A model generated the notes under the pieces. That model made no database searches. It had not been told where the DNA came from and saw only the letters and a program-made list of their open reading frames with translations. Shown here in pieces: positions 19,138-27,514 of a stretch of 64,000 nucleotides of DNA. Source of the DNA: Chloroflexota bacterium (lineage in GTDB: Bacteria > Chloroflexota > JAHJIN01); contig JAHJIN010000185.1 in the NCBI GenBank assembly GCA_018823415.1, positions 46,880 through 110,879 of the forward strand. The letters run 5' to 3'. Every line of letters begins with the position of its first letter. Within the stretch, counting starts at the first letter, position 1. The position numbers were made by a program, and so were the translations under genes.

Positions 19138-19632
19138 TTGGTGAGGAGAAACTTGATAATTGTCGCTGTAATCGTGATGGCCGCCGTGGTGGTGGGGCTT
19201 GTGGCGTCGATGGGCATGAACATCATCAACCTGCCCTGGGTGGTTCTCTCGTTGTTGCGTGGCGGTCAGACGGAGCAGGCCACCGTAACCTGGTCCAGCC
19301 CCACGCCCACTATTCCCCCCACGCTGACGCCATCGCCTACCCGCATTCCTGCAGCGTTCCCCACGTATACGCCGACTGTGTTGCCGGCCACTGCCACGCC
19401 CACGCCCACTGTATATATCATCTACTATACCGTGCAGCCCAACGAGACGCTGGCCGACATTGCCGCCAAGTTTGGCGTGACCGAAGAGGCCTTGCGGCTG
19501 GCCAATCAACTGGCGCCAGAGGCCACCATTTTTCCCGGCCAGGTGTTGTTCATCCTCATGCCTATGCTCACGCCCACACCGGCGCCTACGTGGACTCCCG
19601 TCATCATGCCCACGTTGACTGTCGGCCCCTAA
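19138..19632 (+). CDS. membrane-anchored LysM-domain protein with Pro/Thr-rich linkers
   Basis: One TM helix. LysM-like YYTVQPNETLADIAAKFGVTEEALRLANQL. Confidence 0.75.
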   Translation: MVRRNLIIVAVIVMAAVVVGLVASMGMNIINLPWVVLSLLRGGQTEQATVTWSSPTPTIPPTLTPSPTRIPAAFPTYTPTVLPATATPTPTVYIIYYTVQPNETLADIAAKFGVTEEALRLANQLAPEATIFPGQVLFILMPMLTPTPAPTWTPVIMPTLTVGP

Positions 19633-19658
19633 TGGAAGAATAATCAGAGGTTCTGTTA

Positions 19659-20189
19659 ATGATTGATATACTGGCTGCCGCGCTGTTTATCTTTGGCCTG
19701 CGCGTGGTGGGCATCTCCATTGGCACGGTGCGCGTGTTGTTGACCATGCGCGGCCGCAAGTGGCTGTCGGCCATCACCGGGTTCTTTGAGGTGCTGGCCT
19801 ATGTGGTCGCCATTGGTCAGGTGGTGCAAAACCTGGACAATGCGTGGAATATCCTGGCCTACTGCCTGGGCTTTTCTGCCGGCACCATCCTGGGCATGTG
19901 GATCGAAGAGCGGCTGGCTCTGGGCTATGCCACGGTGCGCATCATCTCGGTGGACCACGCCCCGGCCATCGCCGAGGCCATCAGGGGCGCCGGTCACGGT
20001 GCCACCGACGGCCTGGCCCACGGCGCCGGCGGCATGGTGGGCACCGTCAAGGTGGTGGTGCGCCGCAAAGAAGTAAACCCGGTCTGCAAACTGGTTCAGC
20101 AGGAGGATCCCAAGGCATTCATCACCATCGAAGAAACCCAGGCCGTGCGCCAGGGCTATATGCGGCTGGCCCGCCAGGAGCGACGCTAG
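19659..20189 (+). CDS. UPF0316/DUF2179-family membrane protein
   Basis: FGLRVVGISIGTVRVLLTMRGRKW... is typical of the family. Confidence 0.7.
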   Translation: MIDILAAALFIFGLRVVGISIGTVRVLLTMRGRKWLSAITGFFEVLAYVVAIGQVVQNLDNAWNILAYCLGFSAGTILGMWIEERLALGYATVRIISVDHAPAIAEAIRGAGHGATDGLAHGAGGMVGTVKVVVRRKEVNPVCKLVQQEDPKAFITIEETQAVRQGYMRLARQERR

Positions 20190-21001
20190 TGCCCCCGATG
20201 CTGTCACTGGATCAGGCCCTGCTGTTTGCCCTGGATGTGACGCACGCGGCCGGCACGCGCCTGCGCCACTGGTTCGGCGCGGTGGGGCACACAGAAAAGG
20301 CCGACCACTCGCCGGTGACCGCTGCCGACGTGGCGACCGAGCGCTTTTTGACGGCGGCCATCGGCGAGCGTTTTCCGGGCCACGGCATCATTGCCGAGGA
20401 AGAGCACGCCGGCTACCAGGATCACGAGTGGACCTGGGTTCTCGATCCGCTGGACGGCACCACCAACTATGCCAACGGGCTGCCTTACTGGGCCATCTCG
20501 CTGGCCCTGGTTCGTCAGGGTGATGAGCGGCCGGCGGTGGGTGTGGTTCACCTGCCACTGCCCGGCGAAACCTACCACGCCGTCCAGGGCCGGGGCGCCT
20601 TCCTCAATGGCCATCGCATCCAGGTTTCCCCGGCCACCCGGTTCGACGTGAACTCGTTCATGGCCGTCTATTCGCACGCGCAGCGCGACTATGTCCTGGA
20701 GGCCGTGCCCGGCAAGCCGCGCATCTATGGCTCTGCCGCCTACGACTTTTGCCTGGTGGCCCGGGGCACGGCCCTGCTGGGCCTGGAGCCCCAGGCCAAG
20801 GTGTGGGACGTGGCGGCCGGCTGGCTCATTCTCCAGGAGGCCGGCGGCGTGCCCCGGCTTCTGGATGGCACCGATGTCTTTCCCCTCCAGCCCGGCGATT
20901 ACGCAAATCGTCGCCTGGCCGTGTTGAGCGCTGCCAACGAGACCCTGTGGCAAGGGGCCCGGTCGCGCCTCGTGGCGAGATCTGGCCGGTCAGACCAATA
21001 A
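20189..21001 (+). CDS. inositol monophosphatase family protein
   Basis: WVLDPLDGTTNY motif. GTG overlaps the previous stop (TAGTG). ATG 20198 is an alternative start. Confidence 0.8.
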   Translation: MPPMLSLDQALLFALDVTHAAGTRLRHWFGAVGHTEKADHSPVTAADVATERFLTAAIGERFPGHGIIAEEEHAGYQDHEWTWVLDPLDGTTNYANGLPYWAISLALVRQGDERPAVGVVHLPLPGETYHAVQGRGAFLNGHRIQVSPATRFDVNSFMAVYSHAQRDYVLEAVPGKPRIYGSAAYDFCLVARGTALLGLEPQAKVWDVAAGWLILQEAGGVPRLLDGTDVFPLQPGDYANRRLAVLSAANETLWQGARSRLVARSGRSDQ

Positions 21002-21010
21002 CCAATCACC

Positions 21011-24000
21011 ATGTTCGGCCAAGACCTCATCCTCCGCACCAAGCTCATGCCGCCGCGCATCCGGCGGCGCGTGCTGTCGCGCGCGCGCCTGACCGAACGT
21101 CTGCAAGAGGCGTTAGAGCGCCGGCTGACCATCATCCAGGCCGGCACCGGCTATGGCAAAAGCACCGCGCTCATCACCACCCTCACCCACCTGCCCCAGC
21201 CCACCTACTGGTACACCATTACCGAATCCGACGCCGAGCCGCTGCTGTTCTTGCTACATCTGATCTATGCCTTTCGCACGCGCGCGGCCGCCGACAGTCA
21301 CCTGGGCGAGCGCAGTCTGGCCTTGCTCCAGACCGAGCGCGGGGGCAATGGCCCGGGCTATGCGTTGGTCATCGACGCCCTGGTAAACGACCTGGCGGTC
21401 GAGTTGACGACCGACGCCTTTTTGGTGCTCGATGACTATCACCTGGTCAACGCTGCCCCGGCCATTATCACTCTCACTGACCGCCTGATCGAGGTGGCGC
21501 CGCCCAACCTCCACGTGATCGTCAGCACGCGCCAGCGACCCAACCTGCCAGGACTGGTACGCTGGCAGGTTCGCGACGAGGTGTTGGCCCTGGACCGTCA
21601 TGACCTGGCCTTTCGACCGGCCGAGATCGGTGCCCTGTTCCAGCTCTATGGCTATGGCCTCAGCGCCGTCCAGATCGAGACCCTGGCAGCCGAAACCGAG
21701 GGTTGGGCCATTGCCCTGCAACTGGTGGGCCAGGGCGTGCGCGCTGCCGGCGGCGTAGCCCAGGTGCTAACCGGCCTGCCCGATTCACTGGAACGGCTGT
21801 TTGACTATTTGGCCCAGGAGATACTGGACAAGGAAACCCCGGCGCGCCGGGCCTTTTTGCTCCAAACCTCGATCCTGCGCCACCTGACGCCGGCCGCCTG
21901 CGACGCGCTCACCGGTTGCACCGACAGCCAGATGGTGCTGCAAACCCTGGAAGACCAGGGGCTTTTTGTCATCGCCGTGGGCGACGAGTATCGCTACCAT
22001 CACCTGTTTGGCGAGTTCCTGAGCCGCCAACTGGCCCCGGCCGAGGCCCCGGACCTACATCGTCGTGCTGCCATCTTTTACCAGGACCGCTCAGACAACG
22101 AGGCGGCCATCCATCACCTGTTGCTGGCCCACGAGTTCGACGCCGCCGCGCAGGTGATGGCCCAGATTGGCGAAGATATGCTGCGCCTGGGTCGGCGTGA
22201 GCCATTGAGCACCTGGATCCAACGGTTGCCGGTGGATACACTGGCCCAGACGCCGGCCCTGCTGCGCTTTCAGGGCGACATCTGCCGCCAGAGTTCGCGC
22301 TTTGACGAGGCGCTGGCCTGGTACGAGCAGGCATATCAGCAATACATGGTCCATCAGGACCGGGCTGGGATGAGCCGGGCCTTGCGCGGTCAGGCCCTGG
22401 TCCACCTGGACACGGTGCGCCCGGCCCAGGCCGAGAGCCTGCTTCAGGAGGCGCTGCGGCTCATTGACGGTCAGGACGACCGCGAGAACCGGGCACGACT
22501 GCTGGAGCTGCTGGCCGAGAACCAGCTCAACCTGGGCCATCCCGAAGAATCCGAACGCCTGCGCGCCCGGGCGCGCGAACTGCGCCAGGAAGGCCCCGGC
22601 GAAGCCGAACTGGCCGTGCGCGTGCTCTTGCGCACCGGCCAACTCGATCAGGCGCGCCGCCTGCTGGAAGAGCAGGCCGCCATTGAGCAGCGCGAGCCGG
22701 TCCAGCGGCCCCGTTCCCACCGCGAGACCCTGCTCATTCTATCACTGATCCAGTCCTTTCAGGGCGAAGGAGAGGCGGCCTATCGCTATGCCACCGAGGG
22801 GATTGCCCGCGGTCAGGCGCTCAACTCGCCGTTCGTGATCGCTGTGGGCTATATGCGGCAGGGTCATGCGTGGCTGTTGCGCGATGCGCCTTCTTATGAA
22901 GCAGCCTGTCGCTGCTATCAGGAGGCCATCGTCCTGGGCGACACGCTGACCGGGTCGCGCCTCAAGGTGGAGGCCCTGTGGGGCCTGTGTCGGGCGCACG
23001 GGTTCCAGGGCGAGCTGGCAGCCGCCGAGCAGGCCGCGCAGCAGGGTATCCAAGTAGCGGAACAGGCCGGCGACGAGTGGATCGCCGCCCTGATCCGGGT
23101 GGTGATGGGCGGCGGCTATGTCCTGGCCCGCCAATATGCTGCCGCCATCGACTGGCTGGTGCAGGCCGAGACCGCCTTTCAGAACTGTGGCGATGTCTTT
23201 GGGCAAACCGTTGCGCGGCTGTGGCGGTGCCTGGTGGCCTGGGAGATGGCCGACCTCACCGGGCTGGAACCCATCCTGGCCGACTTGCTCCGCGCCACCC
23301 GCGAACATGGGTTCGAGTACATCTGTTTGCGCAAGACGTTGCTGGGGCCGCCCGACCCGCGTCGGCTGGTGCCCTTGCTGCTGTTTGCTCGCGACACCGG
23401 CTACCAGCCGGCGTTTGTGGAGCAATTGCTGGGCCGGCTGGGCCTGACCCACCTGGAGATTCACCCAGGCTACCAGCTTCGGGTGCAGGCGTTGGGGCCG
23501 TTCCGGGTCTGGCGCGGCGCGCAGGAAATCCAGGCCTTTGAGTGGCAGCGCGACAAGGCGCGGCAGTTGTTCCAGCTTTTACTCACCTATCGCCAGGACC
23601 TGCTGGACCGCGAGCAGATCGTGGAGTTGTTGTGGCCCGGGCTGGAGCCAGAATCGGCCCGGCGCGATTTCAAGGTGGCTCTCAGCACGCTGTATCGCGC
23701 CCTGGAGCCAGACCGGCGCGCCGGCGACCAGTCGGCCTTTGTGGCGCGCAGCGGCAGCCGCTATGGCTGGCGTCCCGAGGCTGACGTATGGCTGGACGTG
23801 GACCAGCTCGAACGCCTGATTGCCGAGGGGGATGGGCAGTTCGAGCGCGAGCCCCAGGCGGCGCTGGAACACTACCGGCAAGCGTTGGCGCTGTACCAGG
23901 GCGAATATCTGCCTGAACGCCGCTACGAAGAGTGGTGCGCCCCCGAGCGCGACCGCTTGCTCGCCCTGTATCTGGGGGCTGCCGACCGGCTGGCTCATGC

Positions 24001-24238
24001 CCTCATCGACAGCCAGGATTGGGAGGGTGCCATTGAGGTATGCCAAACGATCCTGGCGCACGACGATTGCTGGGAGCAGGCGTATCGGCTGCTGATGACG
24101 GCGTACGCGCGCCTGGGGAATCGGGCGCAGGCGCTGCGGGCCTATCACCGTTGCGTCGAGTGTCTGCGGGAGGAATTGGACGTAGCGCCTTCTGCTGAGA
24201 CCGCACGCCTTTACGAATCTGTCTTCCAGTCCCCGTAG
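21011..24238 (+). CDS. STAND (MalT-like) ATPase - TPR - C-terminal SARP (winged-helix + BTAD) regulator
   Basis: N-terminus TKLMPPRIRRRVLSRARL...QAGTGYGKST (MalT/LuxR-type NTPase), TPR-like middle. C-terminus LRVQALGPFRVWRG...QALALYQGEYLPE...AYRLLMTAYARLGNRAQALRAYHRC (Trans_reg_C + BTAD). Confidence 0.8.
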   Translation: MFGQDLILRTKLMPPRIRRRVLSRARLTERLQEALERRLTIIQAGTGYGKSTALITTLTHLPQPTYWYTITESDAEPLLFLLHLIYAFRTRAAADSHLGERSLALLQTERGGNGPGYALVIDALVNDLAVELTTDAFLVLDDYHLVNAAPAIITLTDRLIEVAPPNLHVIVSTRQRPNLPGLVRWQVRDEVLALDRHDLAFRPAEIGALFQLYGYGLSAVQIETLAAETEGWAIALQLVGQGVRAAGGVAQVLTGLPDSLERLFDYLAQEILDKETPARRAFLLQTSILRHLTPAACDALTGCTDSQMVLQTLEDQGLFVIAVGDEYRYHHLFGEFLSRQLAPAEAPDLHRRAAIFYQDRSDNEAAIHHLLLAHEFDAAAQVMAQIGEDMLRLGRREPLSTWIQRLPVDTLAQTPALLRFQGDICRQSSRFDEALAWYEQAYQQYMVHQDRAGMSRALRGQALVHLDTVRPAQAESLLQEALRLIDGQDDRENRARLLELLAENQLNLGHPEESERLRARARELRQEGPGEAELAVRVLLRTGQLDQARRLLEEQAAIEQREPVQRPRSHRETLLILSLIQSFQGEGEAAYRYATEGIARGQALNSPFVIAVGYMRQGHAWLLRDAPSYEAACRCYQEAIVLGDTLTGSRLKVEALWGLCRAHGFQGELAAAEQAAQQGIQVAEQAGDEWIAALIRVVMGGGYVLARQYAAAIDWLVQAETAFQNCGDVFGQTVARLWRCLVAWEMADLTGLEPILADLLRATREHGFEYICLRKTLLGPPDPRRLVPLLLFARDTGYQPAFVEQLLGRLGLTHLEIHPGYQLRVQALGPFRVWRGAQEIQAFEWQRDKARQLFQLLLTYRQDLLDREQIVELLWPGLEPESARRDFKVALSTLYRALEPDRRAGDQSAFVARSGSRYGWRPEADVWLDVDQLERLIAEGDGQFEREPQAALEHYRQALALYQGEYLPERRYEEWCAPERDRLLALYLGAADRLAHALIDSQDWEGAIEVCQTILAHDDCWEQAYRLLMTAYARLGNRAQALRAYHRCVECLREELDVAPSAETARLYESVFQSP

Positions 24239-24289
24239 GACAAAGCCGCCCCTCTCAAGGCAGATGCCCATTTGGCCCGGACCATCACC

Positions 24290-25123
24290 ATGTCTGAACT
24301 CGACATCGAAAAACCTGGCGGTGAAGGTGCCCCGGCCCTGCGCGTGCAAACGCTGGGCGGCTTTTGCGTGTGGCGCGATGGCGTCGAGATTGCGCCCACC
24401 GCCTGGGGCCGCGAAAAGGCGCTGCATCTCTTCCAGTTCTTTGTCACCGTGCGCGGGCAATATTTGCACAAGGAGCAGATTATCGACCGGCTGTGGCCGG
24501 ACCTGGACCTGGAGCGCGGCGACCGGGATTTCAAGGTTGCACTGAACGCCGTCAGCAGCGTGTTAGAGCCGGCCCGTCGGCCCCGCACCGAGTTACGTTT
24601 TGTCCAGCGCCGCGAGCTGGCCTACGGGCTCAACACGGCCGAGACCTGGATAGACGCCGATGCCTTTGAAGCTGCCGTCGCCGCCGGGAACCGGGCCCTG
24701 CCCGGCGATGTGGCAGCGGCCATCGCCCACTATCGGACGGCCATAGATCTGTATGCTGGCGACTATCTGCTCGAGCGCCGCTACGAGGACTGGTCCAGCG
24801 CCGAGCGCGAGCGGCTCCAAGTGCTGGCTCTGGGCACCATGACGACCCTGGCCGATCTGCTGGTGAACCGCAGTCCATTGGAGAGCGTGCGCCTGGCCCA
24901 GCGCGTTTTGGCCACGGACCCGGCCTGGGAGGCCGCCTATCGCACCCAGATGCGCGCCTACATGGCCCAGGGCAACCGGCCGCTGGCCCTGCGGACGTAT
25001 CAGCAGTGCGTGGAGGCGCTCGACGAGGAATTCAGGGTGGAGCCGCTGCCCGAAACGCACGAGCTGTACGAGGAGATCCAACGTCAAAACGCCACGCGAA
25101 GCGGTCATGCGTCACACAGATGA
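24290..25123 (+). CDS. SARP-family transcriptional activator (winged helix + BTAD)
   Basis: LRVQTLGGFCVWRDG..., AIDLYAGDYLLERRYEDW..., AAYRTQMRAYMAQGNRPLALRTYQQC. TTG 24272 is an alternative start. Confidence 0.8.
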   Translation: MSELDIEKPGGEGAPALRVQTLGGFCVWRDGVEIAPTAWGREKALHLFQFFVTVRGQYLHKEQIIDRLWPDLDLERGDRDFKVALNAVSSVLEPARRPRTELRFVQRRELAYGLNTAETWIDADAFEAAVAAGNRALPGDVAAAIAHYRTAIDLYAGDYLLERRYEDWSSAERERLQVLALGTMTTLADLLVNRSPLESVRLAQRVLATDPAWEAAYRTQMRAYMAQGNRPLALRTYQQCVEALDEEFRVEPLPETHELYEEIQRQNATRSGHASHR

Positions 25124-25133
25124 CGTTTGACGC

Positions 25134-25166
25134 AGTAACTCACCCGTAACTCTGATTTGCTACCAT
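25134..25166 (+). promoter_or_regulatory. direct-repeat (NGTAAC x2, 11-bp phasing) activator-type promoter
   Basis: AGTAAC 25134-39, CGTAAC 25145-50, TACCAT 25161-66. The -10 box starts 16 nt after the start of the last repeat. Confidence 0.5.
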
Positions 25167-25190
25167 CATCCTGCAAGAGAGGTGTTTGCC

Positions 25191-25700
25191 ATGAAAACCC
25201 AGCGCGACATCGCGTCGTTTGTGCTGCGCTTTACCCAGGAGCTGTGGCAGGACCCCCAGGGCGAGCCGCACATCCAGTGGCGCGGGCACATTCGCCACGT
25301 CCAGGGGGACGAGGAGGCCCGGTTCACCGAGTTTGCCGAGGCCGTGGCCTTTATGCAGCGCTACCTGACGCAACTCACGCAGGGTTCCATCAACGCGCTG
25401 CCGGGAGGGGGGACCGTGGACCAGGAAAAGGTGCTCCAGGAAAGCTTTAAACTGTGGGAAGAATTCGCCGCCGGCTATACCAACGCCGTGTTCGAGGCCA
25501 TGGACCGCACCATCAAGCAGTCCGAGTCGTTCCGGCAGCAGATGGACGAGTCCGTGCAGCGCGCGCTCGAATCGTGGCAATTGCCGGCCCAGGCGGACCC
25601 AGGGCAAGTTGTGCAAGCCCTGAACGATTTGCAGGCGCAGGTCCAGGCCCTGGCCGCCCGGGTGAACGACCTGGAAAAGAGCCTGGAGGCGGGAAAGTGA
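25191..25700 (+). CDS. hypothetical protein; unknown N-terminal domain fused to a phasin-like coiled-coil C-terminal half
   Basis: The C-terminal half (EKVLQESFKLWEEFAAGYTNAVFEAMDRTIKQSESFRQQMDESV...LNDLQAQVQALAARVNDLEKSL) is paralogous to the 26853 and 27150 proteins. Confidence 0.7.
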   Translation: MKTQRDIASFVLRFTQELWQDPQGEPHIQWRGHIRHVQGDEEARFTEFAEAVAFMQRYLTQLTQGSINALPGGGTVDQEKVLQESFKLWEEFAAGYTNAVFEAMDRTIKQSESFRQQMDESVQRALESWQLPAQADPGQVVQALNDLQAQVQALAARVNDLEKSLEAGK

Positions 25701-25723
25701 ACCGGTCCAGACCGATGGCGTGT

Positions 25724-25758
25724 CAGAAACCCGTTTTCCCCAAGAAAACGGGTTTCTG
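25724..25758 (+). terminator. perfect 15-bp hairpin
   Basis: cagaaacccgttttc-cccaa-gaaaacgggtttctg. Confidence 0.65.
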
Positions 25759-25764
25759 AATCAC

Positions 25765-26688
25765 ATGCCCTTTATCCAGACCCACGACCTGAACATCCAT
25801 TACGAAGTAGCCGGGACCGGCGACACCGTTCTCGTCCTGGCGCACGGCAATTTTGCCTCGTGGCGGTGGTGGCGGCCGGTGCTGGACCGGCTCCCGGCCG
25901 GCGTGCGCGCCTATGCCCCAGACCTGCGCGGCTGCGGCGATACGGACCGCCCGCCAGACGGCTACACCGTCGAGCGGTTGGCCGGCGACCTGCACGCCTT
26001 TGCCCGGGCCTTGCGGCTGCCCCGGTTTCACCTGGTCGGCCACTCGCTGGGCAGCGCGGCGGCGCTGCAAAGCGCGCTGGACCACCCCGGGCCGGTACAG
26101 ACGTTGACCCTCGTGGCCCCGGCTCCGGCCGAGGGGCTGCCTTTTTCTCACGACGGGACTCGCGTCCCCTGGGTTGCCTGCCTGTTCGAGACCTCGCTGG
26201 ACACGCTGGACGCCGTCTATCGCCTGCTGCGCACGGTGGACGCGAACCGGCCCCTGCTGCGCCAGGCATTGATCCAACTGACGCCCACGCTGCCCCACGG
26301 CGACGAATTCGAGGCCCTGGTGGACGACGCCGGGCGCATGGCCCCGGAGGCCGTGGTGGGCTACCTGCGGGCCCTGGACGCGTGGAACGTCCAGGGTGAA
26401 TTGGGCCGGCTCCATCAGCCCACGCTGATCCTGGGCGGCGGTCGTGACGTCCTGGTGCCCTGGGCGGCCCTGGAGCGTATGGCGGAGGGCATCGCCGAGA
26501 GCCGGCTCGTCGTCTGGCCGGACGTGGGCCACTCGCCGCAGCTCGAACAGCCGGACCGCTTTGTCCAGCTTCTCATGGCCTTTGTCGAGGAACACGCCGG
26601 GCGGCGCTGGTTGGGGGATCTGTGGAACCAGGCGTCTGCTCGCATACTTGGACCTTCCCGAAAGCTTTCAGGTGCCGTCGAACCATAG
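25765..26688 (+). CDS. alpha/beta hydrolase
   Basis: LVLAHGNFASWRWW..., nucleophile elbow GHSLGS, ...WPDVGHSPQLEQP. Confidence 0.8.
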   Translation: MPFIQTHDLNIHYEVAGTGDTVLVLAHGNFASWRWWRPVLDRLPAGVRAYAPDLRGCGDTDRPPDGYTVERLAGDLHAFARALRLPRFHLVGHSLGSAAALQSALDHPGPVQTLTLVAPAPAEGLPFSHDGTRVPWVACLFETSLDTLDAVYRLLRTVDANRPLLRQALIQLTPTLPHGDEFEALVDDAGRMAPEAVVGYLRALDAWNVQGELGRLHQPTLILGGGRDVLVPWAALERMAEGIAESRLVVWPDVGHSPQLEQPDRFVQLLMAFVEEHAGRRWLGDLWNQASARILGPSRKLSGAVEP

Positions 26689-26744
26689 AACGCTTGCCCA
26701 ACCAGTGCCAATCGTTCTGGAAAACCCTGGTAGAGCTTTTGGGA

Positions 26745-26788
26745 AGGTAAAAAGCTGTAACTGAACTGTAACAAGGTTTTGGTATCAT
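26745..26788 (+). promoter_or_regulatory. direct-repeat (TGTAAC x2 plus a degenerate GGTAAA, 11-bp phasing) activator-type promoter
   Basis: GGTAAA 26745-50, TGTAAC 26756-61, TGTAAC 26767-72, TATCAT 26783-88 (16 nt after the start of the last repeat). Confidence 0.55.
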
Positions 26789-26852
26789 CAAACCGTAACG
26801 TTCGAGAGGTCATTGCGAGCGCGAAAACCAAAACACACACAGGAGGAAACCG

Positions 26853-27107
26853 ATGACAGAGGTACAGAGCATGATGGAAAAGAACGTCGAGATGTGGGAG
26901 CAGGCATCCGGGCAATACATGGACGCCATGTTCAAGGCCGCGGAAAAGGCCATGGAACAGTCGACCGCGTTTCAGAAGCAGGTCAACGACGCGGTGAATG
27001 CCGCGGTGAGCGCCCAGTTGGACGCCACGCTGAAGGCATTAAAGTCACTGGAGCACCAGGTAGAGACCCTGGCCGGCAAAGTGGACGATCTGCAGGGCAA
27101 GGGCTAG
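26853..27107 (+). CDS. phasin-like small coiled-coil protein (paralog 1)
   Basis: 84 aa after an AGGAGG RBS. Tandem paralog of 27150..27401 (EKNVEMWEQASGQYMDAMFKA...AFQKQV...). Sits in the PHA gene context. Confidence 0.6.
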   Translation: MTEVQSMMEKNVEMWEQASGQYMDAMFKAAEKAMEQSTAFQKQVNDAVNAAVSAQLDATLKALKSLEHQVETLAGKVDDLQGKG

Positions 27108-27108
27108 A

Positions 27109-27131
27109 GAGATAGAGACGAGAGATAGAGA
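27109..27131 (+). repeat. GAGATAGAGA-N3-GAGATAGAGA module
   Basis: gagatagaga at 27109-18 and 27122-31, immediately after the stop codon. Confidence 0.8.
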
Positions 27132-27149
27132 GGACCAGGAGGAAACACG

Positions 27150-27401
27150 ATGGCGGAAAAGAGTATGTTTGAAAAGAATGTCGAGATGTGGGAGCGGGCG
27201 ACCAGCCAGTACATGGACACCATGTTCAAGGCGATGGAAAAGACCCTGGAGCAGTCGGCCGCGTTCCAGAAGCAAGTGACCGCAGCGGTCAATACCTCGG
27301 TCGGCGCCCAGTTCGAGGCCACGCTGACGGCCATCCGGACGCTGGAAAAGCAGGTAGAGGCACTGTCCGCCAAGGTGGACGAGCTGATCGACAAGGGCTA
27401 A
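27150..27401 (+). CDS. phasin-like small coiled-coil protein (paralog 2)
   Basis: 83 aa after a GGAGGA RBS. Clearly homologous to the preceding ORF. Confidence 0.6.
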   Translation: MAEKSMFEKNVEMWERATSQYMDTMFKAMEKTLEQSAAFQKQVTAAVNTSVGAQFEATLTAIRTLEKQVEALSAKVDELIDKG

Positions 27402-27407
27402 AGACAA

Positions 27408-27430
27408 GAGATAGAGACGGGAAATAGAGA
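27408..27430 (+). repeat. GAGATAGAGA-N3-GAAATAGAGA module
   Basis: 27408-17 and 27421-30. Same 13-bp register as at 27109. Confidence 0.8.
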
Positions 27431-27514
27431 TAATGGGGCAAAGAGGCAAGGTGATGAGTGACCTTGTCTCGTTGCCCATTTAACGACGCAGCACACGACA
27501 AACCAGGAGATGAC

